A DNA stretch of 64,000 nt, taken from the NCBI RefSeq assembly GCF_009914755.1, contig NC_060938.1; one strand, given 5' to 3'. A program made the position numbers and the translations under genes. Origin of the DNA: the human T2T-CHM13v2.0 reference genome, Homo sapiens. Under the pieces are notes generated by a model. That model saw only the letters and a list, made by a program, of their open reading frames with translations, was not told the DNA's origin and made no database searches. Position 1 is the first letter of the stretch. Each line of letters starts with the position of its first letter. Of the stretch, positions 46,610 to 59,916 are shown in pieces.

Positions 46610-47548
46610 TTTTAAATCCATTTTACTGAGATGTGATTGACAAAAAAAGCTGTATATATTTAATTTATACAACTAAATGAGTTTGGAGTTAAGTATAAAT
46701 TCATGAAACCATCACCACAATCAGTACCATAAACATAGCCATCACCTTCAAAATGTTCCTCCTGCTATATTTGTTTAATGTTATTATTTCTGATGAGAAC
46801 ACAATATAAGATCTACTTTCTTAGCAAATTTTTAAGTATAGGATACAGAATTATTAACTATTACACTGTTACGGCACTATGCTGTATAGTAGACCTCTAG
46901 GACTTATTTATCCTGTGTAACTGAAACTTTGTACAATTTGACTGACACTTCTCCATTTTCCCTTCCCTCCAGCCCCTGGAAACCACCATTTCACTCTCTT
47001 CTGTGATTTTTACTACTTTAGATTCTTCATATAAATGGTTTCATGTAGTACTTGTCCTTATGTGTCTAGCTTATTTCACTTAGCACACTTAGCATAATGT
47101 CCACTAGATTCATCTATGTTGTTGCAAGTGGCAGGGTTTCTTTCTTTTTAAAGGTTGAATAATATTCCATTATAGGTATATACCACATTTTCTTCATTCA
47201 CTCATCTGTTGATGGTCATGGCTATTGTGAATAGTGCTGCAATGAACACGGAGGTGCAAATATCTCTTTGAGACCCTGATTTCAATTGTTTTGGTTATAT
47301 AGCCAGATAGGGGATTGCTGGACTATATGGTAGTTTTATTTTTAATGCTTTGAGGAAACTCCATACTGTTTTCCATAGTGGCTGTGCCAGTTTACATTCC
47401 CACCAACAGTGTGCAAGGGTTCCCCTTTCTCTACACCCTCACCAACACTTATCTTTTGTTTACGGATAATAGCCATTCTAATAGGTGTGAGGTGATATCT
47501 CATTGTAGATTTGATTTTTATTTCCCTGATGATTATGTTGAGCACCTC
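46610..47548 (-). mobile_element. L1MA8-10-like 3' end
   Basis: AAGATCTACTTTCTTAGCAAATT..AACTGAAACTTTGTAC..CAGCCCCTGGAAACCACCATT..TTACATTCCCACCAACAGTG..GGTGTGAGGTGATATCTCATTG. Confidence 0.85.
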
Positions 47549-47586
47549 CTTTGAAAATTTCCTAAATAATTTGGTTCCAACTACGT

Positions 47587-47891
47587 TGTATTAGTCCATT
47601 TTCAAACTGCTGATAAAGACATACCTGAGACTGGGCAATTTACAAAAGGAAGAGGTTTAATGCTCTCACGGTGCCTGGTGGCTGGGGAGGCCTCATAGTC
47701 ATGGCAGAAAATAAAAGGCACTTCTCACGTGGTGGTAGAAAAGAGAAAAGAGCTTGTGCAGGGAAACTCCCCCTTTTAAAACCATCGGATCTCATGAGAC
47801 TCATTCACTATCACAAGAACAGCACAGGAAAGACCCACCCCTAAAATTCAATCACCTCCCGCTGAGTTCCTCCCAGGACCCGTGGGAATTG
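47587..47891 (-). mobile_element. THE1B-like LTR, truncated
   Basis: TGTATTAGTCCATTTTC..GATAAAGACATACCTGAGACTGGG..GAGCTTGTGCAGGGAAACTCCC; homology ends abruptly at GTGGGAATTG. Confidence 0.88.
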
Positions 47892-49900
47892 CCCTTGAAT
47901 TAGAGAAGAGTTGATATGGGAGAAACCTACAAGAACAATCTTCATTTCATTTTTTAGTTTAGTTAGAAATATCCAAAAGATCCAAAAGATAATCAGTATT
48001 TTAGAGAGTTATCAAGTAATGTGGTTCTCCAGATCTTTGCCAAGGGTCTCAGAATTCTTACTTAGTTAAAAATACTCATTCGGGGGAAAATAAAAACAAA
48101 AACAAAACAGAGCTCTACAGCATGTAAACAGAAAGTAACCTGACTTTCTCATTTCCCTGTGTGGGTCTACTTGCTTTACTGCCTTTAGAGGAGATCTCTG
48201 ACAGATAAGCACTACCCTTTCTATTGCTCTTAGGTAGTAAATAGTCTAAATTTCTAGATGCTATAAACATGACATTTGAATAATTTAAAATGATTGCTTC
48301 TGGGTAATAACCAATATCTTAAATTTCACAGAAGGTAGATCAAATTTCTCCCTTTCCTAGCTCAAGCAGGCTACAAGCCTGAAAGCCTACAATGTGATAG
48401 TGGAAAACCAATGGCTTCCCTTTCAATTTTCCCACCTTTCTCTTCTGCTCCTCTGCACTAACAGTCTGACTTTGTTTTCTGACCTTTTCATGTTTGAGCT
48501 AGCAGAGAGGAGACACAAGGCAAGGTGGTACTTGAATGTCACTGTCTTCTGGCATCAGTGCTCTCCGTGCTTGGCAGAAGCAGTTAAGGAGCCTCTTATT
48601 GACAGCTGATCCTTTATCTCGTAGAGGAATTTTGTGGGCTTCTGAGAGACCCCTTATCACTTTGGATTTCTTTGCTTTCAGTGCCCTTAATTCCCAAATG
48701 TCTCCTTTGCTTACCTTTCTGTTGTTTATAATTCTTTCCACTCTTATGAACTATGTCAGAGTCTCATGGCTCCTGCAGATACCTGTCTTGGGAAAAAAGT
48801 CTCTTTACAATCCCTCCACCCTCCAAACCAATGCTTTTTCCCTTCCTGATAAAATCTTGTCCTCAACAAGCTCTGATAGGAACATCTGGCAGGATGTTCC
48901 TAGTATTGCCGTTTCGTTCTTCTCTATTGTCAGAAATTTAGCCAGCCATAATTTTCCATTTGACTCCTGCTGTGATCTTTGTATCCGCATACTGCTGGGG
49001 GTCATGATTCATATTTTATGATCACTTTGAATCCCCTCTTCTCTACCATGTGAGGATAGAAGTGTGATAGGGAGGAACAAAACTGTGCCACAGAAACTTA
49101 ATATCTTTTTTTTTCAAACAAATTATTTCCCTGTTTGGGTTAGTGCCATTCAGTCTCTCTCATACTTTTGAGGTAGTTATTGGACCAAGGATTGCCAAAT
49201 ATTTTAGATTTATGTATAGTTTTACAAAGATGATCTGGCATCTCACTTTGAAACATGAAAGTACTTCCCAACTTTAAACAGAACGTATTATGTTTCTAAC
49301 ATCTTATTATTTGTATAATTAGGGCTCGATACCTGAAGAAACAGGAATAGGAAAGGTTACAAGCTTTCGAGCTATTGTAATGAATAAAATGGTGGTAGTC
49401 GTTAAAAGAGAGATCCCAGAAGTAATGATTATTTTTAAATTATGATACTAAAGACAGAGTAAGAGTATTCATATTTTTTGAAAATTTGTCACTGGCTCTC
49501 AGAGAAGAAAGCTCCAGTTTGTCTTACAATTTAAGGCAAAGATTGTGTGAAAAGATACCTAGAAACATAAATTGTCTTATAAATTGGGTTAAAATTCACA
49601 AATCAGTAAATATGCTTAGGCTCTGTTCTGTCCAGGGCATTCTGGATTCTTAAATCTTGTTCGAACTCTGTCTTTCATCAGTGTTTTTGAAATTAATTGC
49701 TGTTTAATTCATATAACTTTGGTTGTTTAAAAAGGAGATCACATTCAATATACATAATAATGTTCTGATTTCTATTTACCTTAATAAGAGGCACTACAAA
49801 TACTTATTTGTCTTAAAATTGTCTCAGGCAAGATAATGTTTTATTATTGTCAGACAGTTACATCATACTTCAAAATACCTCAACTAGTTTGTGTTCTTAG

Positions 49901-49949
49901 TCTATATCTTCTATGTATCATCTATCTGTGTATCATCTATCTATCTATC

Positions 49950-49991
<42 letters not shown>

Positions 49992-50010
49992 ATCACCTAT
50001 CCTATCTATG
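49901..50010. repeat. Compound (TCTA)n/GATA tetranucleotide STR
   Basis: (TCTA)3 TCA (TCTA)10 at 49936-49990, with degenerate TATC flanks. Confidence 0.97.
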
Positions 50011-51836
50011 TAATTTTCTTCTACCTGCTGCTAAATCCTACGGACTATTCTATCTCTTTCTTGGCTATGAGTGCTCTTATAAGGTGATTTCGCTTTTTCA
50101 GGCAGGACAGAGGCTTATTTGAGGGAGCATGGGAGGCCAGTTTTTCAATTAGGTTTCATTGTTGGTACCACTCAAGGTACAAAAATGTGGGGTGATTCAT
50201 GTGAGAAAGACAGTGGATTGGAATTAGAGAGTTGAATAACTCAAGTCTTGTGTCTTAAAATATATATTTTTTTCTTATTATTTTCCTCTACCTTGGTCTT
50301 TCACTAAATTCTTCATATATGTGTATATTATCTTTTCAACTTGGTTTTCAACTTCTAAAGACAGAAACCTTAAAAATATTCTTTGTATTCTGCACAACAA
50401 ATGTATTGTATATTATAAATACTACATAAATATCTGTAAAGTAGTCATTAATTTTCTTTATACTGTAGAAATTTCATCATGGGTTAGTGATTGTTCCATA
50501 GAACTCCAGGATTACCTGCTGACAGCTTCATGGATTCTTAACTATAGACATATCTAAGTAAACACAGGACTACTAAGGCAGTAGAGTACAAAAATGTAAT
50601 CAATGAACTCCATGTCACTAACATATGTCTCTCTAGTTTACACAGACTTGTATATACACTACTCACAATTTTTAAAGTGCATTGGTAACAAAGATTGTAA
50701 GGTCACCATTTGGTTGACATCTTGTATTTTTTTCCTTGTTTAATATTTGTAAGAATAAATGAGACTCTGTGTGAAAAAATCCAACTAATATTTTATTACT
50801 TTGAAAAATAATAAGTACTTTTTAAAAAGTTTGATTAGGCAGTGTTTATTCTGGTAGTTTAAATGAAAAAACTTAGGTCCTCTAAAAAATGGTTTTTCTG
50901 AAAAATTAGGAACCCAATCAAAACAAATTAGGAACCTAATAGTCCAGCAATGTGTTACCCTATTTCATGCCTGTTGACAAAATATTATTGATGAGAAAAA
51001 GTATTTATTAATATGTTTAAATAACTTTTTTATCATTGGCTCATGGGTTAGGAAATGATCCCCAGATTTAAATAATTCTTCATTATTTCTTATGTGTAAG
51101 AATAATTCAGTAACATTGAAGAGTTCCAGAAGGAAAGCACTATGCTATTTGTCTTTTTCAATCCATGAGCCAGAGTTAAGAAATGATAAATCAGTATGAT
51201 TTCAGAGGACAGGCTTATAATTAAATTATACCCACAAGTCACCTTTTCTGTTTCTTCAGAATTTTTTGTGAAAATCTCTTTAATTTGGCTTTAATGCTTA
51301 AATGTATGAATACATTCATTGTAACTCTAAATTGCTTCCCAATTTTTCACCTCATTTTTTCCCTATAAAAATTTTAGCATTTCTATAGTCTTTTACTAGG
51401 CATTTTATTTCTTATTCCCCAGCTACATTCATCTTTACAGGTTCTAAATGTTTCAACATTGGAAAGAGCAACATTTTACTATCAGATAATTCTTGAGGTA
51501 TTTCACAGAAAAACAAACTTTAAAATGAAACTGAACTGGAGCCTTACAGGATTTGTAGACCATTTACTACTGTGTAATGAAAGTGTCTTTTCAACCTCAA
51601 ATTCAGGGAGGTTCAGATGTCTTTGAATATATATTACTTACTTGTCTGAATAACCCTGAAAACAAATCTATGATCAATTAGCTCTGAAATTAGTGATAAA
51701 AGAAATTCAACAGTATTCCTATTTATAAAAACAGCCAATATTTGAAGAATTATAAAAAACAAAATGCATAATTTCTGAGCACATATTAAGTGCTATGTAT
51801 TATTCAATATTAAATAGTCTTTATAACAGCCCCTTT

Positions 51837-52799
51837 GTTTATACTTTAAGTTCTGGAGTACATGTGCGTAATGTGCAGGTTTGTTACATAGGTACACACG
51901 TGCCATGGAGGTTTGCTGCACCCATCAATCCATCATCTACATTAGGTATTTCTCCTAATCTTATCGCTCCCCCACCCCCCCACCCCCAACAGGCCCCAGT
52001 GTGTGGTTTTCCCCTCCCTGTGTTCATCTGTTCTCATTGTTCAACTCTCACTTATGAGTGAGAACATACGGTGTTTAGTTTTCTGTTCTTGTGATAGTTT
52101 GCTAAGAATGATAGTTTCCAGCTTCATCCATGTCCCTGCAAAGGACATGAACTCATCCTTTTTTATGGTTGCATAGTATTCCATGGTGTATATGTGCCAC
52201 ATTTTCTTTATGCACTCTATTATTGATGGGCATTTGGGTTGGTTCCAAGTCTTTGCTATTGTGAATAGTGCCACAAAAACCATAGGTGTGCATGTGTCTT
52301 TAAAGTAGAATGATTTATAATCCTTTGGGTATATACCCAGTAATGGGATTGCTGGGTCAAATGGTACTTCTGGTTCTAGATCCTTGAGGAATTGCCACAC
52401 TGTCTTCCACAATGGTTGAACTAATTTACACTCCCACCAATGGTGTAAAAGCGTTCCTATTTCTCTATATCCTCTCCAGCATCTGTTTCCTGACTTTTTA
52501 TTGATGGCCATTCTAACTGGCATGAGATGGTATCTCACTGTGGTTTTGATTTGCATTTCTCTAATGACCAGTGATGATGAGCATTTTTTCGTAAGTTTGT
52601 TGGCTGCATAAATCTCTTCTTTTTAGAAGTGTCTGTTCATATCCTTTGCCCACTTTTTGATGGAGCTGTTTGTTTTTTCTTGTAAATTTGTTTAAGTTCT
52701 TTGTAGATTCTAGATGGTAGCCCTTTGTCAGATGGATAGATTGCAAAAATTTTCTCTCATTCCATAGGTGGCCTGTTCAATCTGCTGATAGTTTCTTTT
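51837..52799 (-). mobile_element. L1PA7-like 3' segment (non-inverted part)
   Basis: TATACTTTAAGTTCTGG..GGTTTGCTGCACCCATCAA..CATCTACATTAGGTATTTCTCC. The minus ORF 52041..52556 is the ORF2 C-terminus. Confidence 0.94.
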
Positions 52800-53287
52800 C
52801 CTGGGCAAGAAGAACAAAGCTGGAGGCATCATGCTACCTGACTTCAAACTATACTACAAGGCTACAGTAACCAAAAGAGCAGGGTACTGTTACCAAAACA
52901 GATATATAGACCAATGGAACAGAATAGAGGCCTCAGAAATAACACCACACATCTACAACCATCTGATCTTTGACAAACCTGAAACAAACAAGCAATAGGG
53001 AAAAGATTCCCTATTTAATAAGTGTCATTGGGAAAACTGGCTAGCCATATGCAGAAAACTGAAACTGGACCACTTTCTTACACCTTATACAAAAATCAAT
53101 TCAAGATGGATCAAAGACTTAAATGTAAGACCTAGGACCATAAAAATCCTAGAAGAAAACCTGGGCACCTGGGCAATACCATTCAGAATGTAGGCATGGG
53201 CAAAGACTTCATGTCTAAAACACCAAAAGCAATGGCAACAAAAGCCAAAATTGACAAATGGGATCTAATTAAACTAAAGAGCTTCTG
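52799..53287 (+). mobile_element. Inverted 5' segment of the same L1PA7-like insertion
   Basis: Sense ORF2 from TCCTGGGCAAGAAGAACAAAGCTGG to AAACTAAAGAGCTTCTG. TSD AACAGCCCC(CA)TTT at 51825 and 53288. Confidence 0.9.
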
Positions 53288-54193
53288 AACAGCCCCCATT
53301 TTTTTTTTTTTTTTTTTTTTTGGTCTTTAAGAGATGCTGAGACTCAAAGGATTCTGTATGTTTCCTAGAGGTATATAGTCAGGGGTGGGATTTCAATCTA
53401 GGTTTTCCTATTTTACAGCCAGATTCCCATCACCACCTTACCACTCCAATGTGTTATTTGTGATGCTATGAGATTATTCTCACTAATAAATTTTAAAGTT
53501 TTCCATACAATATAAAAAGAAGGAAAGGCTATTCATGATAGTAATGCAATAAGATTTTATTTGTTATTCTTGCAATGAAGGTCATTTCTGGTAAATTCTT
53601 GAAACTTTTTTTATTTATAGAGAGTAAAGGGGATCTGGATAGTTAAATAACTTTAGGCTAAAAATAAAAATAAAATTTGGATATGATCCCTAGAAGATAC
53701 GGATAAGAAGAGCAGTAACATAAAGTTTTCAGACATTCTGAAGTCACATCTACATGGGAGTAGTTAAGCAGATTATTAGAGTTTATAAACTACATAAAAA
53801 GGAATGAACTGGAGGATAAAACCTATTTTCATCAGTTTACTATAAATAAAAACATGTAAGAATGCACTCTTTTATCAGCTGAAATAAAGAACAGCTATTT
53901 CTATCAATTAAGTCTACCAAGGCTTATAGGAATTGACTTATAGTCAATTATATGGCAATTTGTTTATTCAATAATAAAACATTTCTGAAACTCAAAAGTT
54001 ACTTATTTAATCAATGAGAAACTGGTATACCTTATTTTACTAACCTACTGTTACAAAAATATATTACAGGAAAGCGTAAAATGCAGAGAGAACAAATGTT
54101 TATTTCCAGTTTAGTCAACATTCTACTCTGAGTTGCAGCTAGGCACTGTCAGCTGTGATACTGTGATAGTAAGGGATAAAACCTCAAATTAGT

Positions 54194-54337
54194 GGCTGGA
54201 TGCGGTGGCTCACAACTGTAATCCCAACACTTTGCAGGGGCCAAGGCAGGAGGAGTGCTTGAGCCCAAGAATTTGAGACCAGCTTGGGCAACATAGCAAT
54301 ACAATGGCCCTATTTGAAAAAGAAATAATAATTTTTA
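54194..54337 (+). mobile_element. FLAM-C-like Alu monomer
   Basis: A single left-arm monomer, GGCTGGATGCGGTGGCTC..GCTTGAGCCCAAGAATTTGAGACCAGC..GGCAACATAGC. TSD AAAA(C/T)CTCAAATTA at 54178 and 54338. Confidence 0.85.
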
Positions 54338-54476
54338 AAAATCTCAAATTACCTATTCTAGATATGCATAAATAACTAAGTAAAATTTACTTATGTTAGC
54401 AAGTGTCTTTTGAAGAATAAGTTAAATGGTTTTTGAGTTTAATCCATCTTAGATATTACCATACGCATTATATTTA

Positions 54477-55218
<742 letters not shown>

Positions 55219-56153
55219 CTAAGGGAGAATTCATTTAGTGCATATCAAATAGGAAGGCTAAACAATAAGGCAACCAAATTATACACAACTGATAGATAAA
55301 TTATAATGACAACATGTACTTTATAATATGTTTGTTGCAACTGGAATATATGTATCTACTATTTAACATTCACTTCCTCTAATCAAAGATAGTGAGGTAT
55401 ACCACAGTAAGCATCATCAGGTGGTTCTTTTTGGTGAAGATGGACTTAGAGGACAGAATTTGAGACATTTCATTTAAATGTTGATTTTTTTTTTTCTGTC
55501 TCTCTTCTCCCTATCTTTCCATTTACAAGATATTAATATTTGGGACTTTCTCCCTCAGTTTAGAATTAGGAGCAAAGGCTAAGAAGTCTTGGATCTCTTT
55601 TACAAAAAGACCATAGATAACAAGAATTTTCACTTTCCAAAGCAAAGGAAAGTGCTGAATCCTAAGCAGGACTTGCAACAGCACTTGCAAAGGAGATAAC
55701 TAAGAGAGGGTTTTGTGAATCATAGTTGACTACCTAGTTATAATTTAGGTTGAAAAGTTGTGCAGCGGACACATAATTAATCTGGAGGAGTCAGAATATT
55801 AGTCTCAATTCCTATTATTAATTTTATGCCAAATTGAAAAAAAAAACTGGGAGTTTGGGAGACACCATGGACAGTGGTTGCAAGAATCTGAATGACAAGG
55901 GGCTGGCTTCTATAATCCATGGTGACAAAATAAAAGACTATCGTCAGGAAGTATCTATAGTAACACTGATAGTGGGCCATAAGGTGCTATTTGCTATGAA
56001 ACTGTGTAGGCCACATTGGAACTTGACTTCTATATTCTCAAGTCCTGAACAACATGGAAGCATGAGGAAACTTCAGCAGAAGGATCTAGAAAAACATCTC
56101 TGATTGACCATGGGCTGAAAGTATTACTGTAAATAACCAAGCAGAGGAGTCAC

Positions 56154-57259
56154 TATTGGGGGAAGCCCCCATAATATTTCAACATAGGTTCTTTCTATGT
56201 TCCCTTAGTGTTGGCCAGTCTGAGAAATAAAGAGAAAGAGTACAAAGAGGAATTTTACAGCTGGGCCACCGGGGGTGACATCACATATCAGTAGGTCCGT
56301 GATGTAACCTGAGCAGCAAAACCAGCAGGTTTTTATTAAGGACTTCAAAAGGGGAGGGGGTGCAAGAACAGGAAGTAGGTCACAAAGATCACATGCTTCA
56401 AAGGGCAAAAAGATCACAAGGCAAAGGGCAAAACAAAGATCACAAGGCAAAGGGCAAAGTCAGAAACTCCTGATGAGGGTCTATGTTCACGTATTGTCTT
56501 GATAAACATCTTAAACAACAGAAAACAGAGTTCAAGAGCAGAGAACCGGTCTGACCTCACTTTGACCAGGGTGGGGTTTTCCCCATCTAGTGAGCCTGAG
56601 GGTACTGTAGGAGACCAGGGCGTATTTCAGTCCTTATCTCAACCTCATAAGACAGACACTCCCAGAGAGGCTGTTAATTAGACCTCCCCCAGGAATGCAT
56701 TCCTTCCCTGGGGTATTAATTATATTAATAATTATTAAAAATTATTAATATTATTCCTTGCTGGGAAAAGAATTCAGCAATATCTCTCCTACTTCCACGT
56801 CCATTTATGTGCTCTCTGCAAGAAGAAAAATATGGCTCTATTCTGCCCGACCCCACAGGCAGTTAGATCTTTGTCTTCCCTTGTTCCCTAAAATCACTGT
56901 TATTCTGTTCTTTTTCAAGATGCACTGATTTCATATTGTTCAAACACACATGTTTGACAATCAATTTGTACAGTACTGGTCCTGAGGTGACATACATTCT
57001 CAGCTTATGAAGATAACAGGATTAAGAGATAAAAGTAAAGACAGGCATAAGAAATTGTAAGAGTATTATTTGGGAACCAATAAATGTCCATGAAATCTTC
57101 ACAATTTATGTTCAGAGATTGCAGTAAAGACAGGCATAAGAAATTACAAAAGGATTAATTTTGGGAGCTGATAAATATCCATGAAATCTTCACAATTTAT
57201 GTTCCTCTGCCGCAGCTCCAGCTGGTCCCTCTGTTCGGGGTCCCTGACTTCCCGCAACA
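56154..57259 (-). mobile_element. MER11 (A/B-type) solo LTR of HERV-K11/HML-8
   Basis: The reverse complement begins TGTTGCGGGAAGTCAGGGACCCCGAAC; length about 1.1 kb. Perfect 6-bp TSD AGTCAC at 56148-56153 and 57260-57265. Internal ~80-bp direct repeat at 57034-57113 and 57123-57204. Confidence 0.95.
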
Positions 57260-58154
57260 AGTCACATTACATACAACAATGATCCTGCCTATAAGAGATC
57301 CCTGGCAAAGAGAATCTTATACATAACCCAAAAAATTTCTCTATGGCAGTTTTCTCAGCTTTGTAATACCTGAGGCTAGCTCATAACAGTACAAGTCAAG
57401 TAATATTATTCCTGCCCCCTATCTTTGACTCAAGCCAGAAGGATCAGAAACTCAGGTTCCAGCAATCTGAGGAAAGAGGGAAATAGAAGCCAGGAGAGAA
57501 AATAAAGAAATCACTATGATGATTTTCTAAATTTTGACTTTCACAGGTATAAACTAAAGGAGAACAATTGTGAATGAAATTTGGAAATTGTGATTTTCAC
57601 AATGGCTAGACACCTTAAATTCTTATAAGGGACTGACTGTATCAGAAACTAAAGTGATTAGAAGACTTTTTATTTTGTAAAATATAAGAGCTGAGTACTG
57701 TGTAAAATTTTCATTCAGGGATAAACAGCTAGCCCAAATCAAGGATTTAAACAATTCATCAAGAGAAAAATTAAAAATGCATTGTGATTGCAGTCTTTGT
57801 CCTGATCTTTCAATATACTTATTCAAACTCATCTCTATTAGGGGTGAATAACTCATCAATGGACTTAGTTAAGCAAAACCTGCATTATCACATGATAAGG
57901 TTACAAACAAAGTGGTAACACTTTAGATAGTACAGGAAGTGCCATGAAATGCAGTTGAGAATTGCAAGATTAGGAAAAAGTATACATTCAATAAGACAAA
58001 AAGTAAATTTTTTCTCTGAATAAGTAGATCTATAAAGGAAAGAAAATGCCTGCTCCTGTTATAAGTGTCAACAGTAGGAGAAACTACTCAAGTATTGCTT
58101 TACACCCTCTCTTGTCTTTTGTCCTTATCTATGTTAGTAAGTGATAATGTCATT

Positions 58155-58682
58155 GTAACAGAATGCATTTTCCAGCATTGGTCACAACATCTCTTATCCC
58201 ACAAGCTCTCTATAAAGCCATGTGTACATGTTATTCCCCCATCAAGAGGCAGAGTTTATATCTCTACTCTCATGAATCTGGTTGGAACTTGTTACATCTT
58301 TGACCAACAGGATAGGACAGAGAGACAATGTGTCAGTTTCCAGCAAACCCCTTAACCACTGTGGAAGCCTCTGCTTTTTGCCTCATGGAACTCTCACTAT
58401 TACGATGTTTCCTCTGTATACCTAATCACCACATTATGAGAAGCCAAAGCTACTGGGGGCCATGTATAGACATTCTGTCTATGCCATCTTGTAAATCCAT
58501 CACAGTCAAGCCTTCAGATGACTACATCTCCAGCTGATATCGACTATGATCATACAAGAAACCCAAGTTAAAATCATCCAACTGAACTCAATCAACTCAC
58601 AGACCCATGAGAGATAATAATTCTTTCTTTAAGTCATTCAGTTTTGGAGGGTTTTTTTCCTGCAGAAATACCTAATTAGAAT
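58155..58682 (+). mobile_element. MLT1G/H-like MaLR LTR
   Basis: CCCATCAAGAGGCAGAGTTTAT..TGAATCTGG..CTTTGACCAACAG..CAAGCCTTCAGATGACT..CATGAGAGATAATAA..TTTAAGTCATTCAGTTTTGG. Confidence 0.75.
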
Positions 58683-58786
58683 CATCTATCATTCTAAAGC
58701 TAAGGTAGAGTAGTCAATCCATTTTTGCTTAAAAAACCTATATAATTTTTTAAAGTGCGTAACAAAGAAATTTTATTTTATGCCAA

Positions 58787-59225
58787 TGTGTTAGTCTGGG
58801 TTCTCAAAAGCAGAAACTATGTAGTAATGCCAAACTGAGAAGTGCAAACTCAGGGAACCAATAGTGAAAGAAAAAAGAAATGAAGAAGAAGAAAAGCAAA
58901 TAAATGTTGGTGTATTCCCAAGATGGTTACAGTTGTATAAACACAGCTGCTCTCTAAATCATGCAAAGGTCTCTGGTTAGGTCATATGGAGCTATGGTAC
59001 CTCAAAATAATCCCCTATGGAGAGCAAAACAGAGGAATTAATCCTGTAGATCCTTCCCATGGGTTGTCTCTCATTAATCAAAATATGCCCAAAGGGCATT
59101 TATTTCCTCACCCTTCCAGATGGTATTGCCTCAGCCTACTGGACAGCTGCTGAAGAATCCTCAATCATAGCCATCAACAGGGCATACCATTTGAGTCTGA
59201 GGTTTGTAGGAATAGCCAAAGACTC
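58787..59225 (-). mobile_element. Degraded ERVL-class LTR (LTR16/LTR33 group), probable 3' LTR of the adjacent ERVL remnant
   Basis: Begins TGTGTTAGTCTGGGTTCTC..AAAGCAGA like ERVL LTRs and lies next to ERVL internal sequence. Confidence 0.4.
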
Positions 59226-59365
59226 TATTGGTGGTATTAGTCCAAGCTTTGGTGCCATAGTTGCTGGAGCTTTTGCTTAACTGGGGCAGTCAATCCTCTA
59301 TCAGAGCCTAGCCCTCACTGTGGGAAACCCTGAATTATCCATGAATCTTAACAGGTGAAGTCAAA

Positions 59366-59723
59366 TATATTAGTCCATTTTCATGCTGCTGATAAAGACA
59401 TACCCAAGACTTGGAAATTTACAAAAGAAAGAGGTTTAGTGGTCTCACAGTTCTATGTGGCTGGGGAGGCCTCACAATCATGGCAGAAGGTGAAAGCATG
59501 TCTCTCATGGCAGCAGACGAGAGAAGAGAGCTTGTGCAGGGAAACTTCCTGTTTTAAAACCATCAGATCTCGTGAGACTTATTCACTATCACAAGAATAG
59601 CATGGGAAAGACCCACACCTATGATTCAATTATATTCCACCAGGTCTCTCCCACAACATGTGGGAATTTGGAGAGCTACAATTAAAGATGAGATTTGGGT
59701 GGAGACAAAGCCAAACCATATTA
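59366..59723 (-). mobile_element. THE1B solo LTR
   Basis: T(A)TATTAGTCCATTTTCATGCTGCTGATAAAGACATACCC...GCCAAACCATAT(T)A. 5-bp TSD TCAAA/TAAAA. Confidence 0.92.
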
Positions 59724-59916
59724 TAAAAGTAATAGCAGTTGGAGCACTCCATTGAACAAATGCCTGGGGATCAGGAACCATGTACAATCAAATAAATCAG
59801 GAGAGTTACATGTGTTTCATGTGATACAATTCACCCCATGGGCCACTTGGATTCTTTCTCATACTCCTATGATACCCAGATCTAGAGTTATGAAATAGGA
59901 AGAGGTGGTGCTCACC

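Noticed and set aside
48536-49021. 161-aa plus-strand ORF and overlapping ORFs
   Set aside because: L/S-rich translation typical of pyrimidine-rich non-coding DNA; no recognisable homology or promoter context.
50904-50940. Short local duplications (AAATTAGGAACC twice; similar 8-18 bp doublets near 28486, 35915, 44318, 47078 and 53159)
   Set aside because: Expected background of slippage micro-duplications in AT-rich DNA.
55834-56103. 89-aa ORF next to MER11
   Set aside because: No recognisable protein and a TTG start inside an A-run; more likely chance or an old repeat.
57034-57204. Direct repeats as a CRISPR-like or novel array
   Set aside because: Only two copies, internal to the MER11 LTR, in a eukaryotic context.
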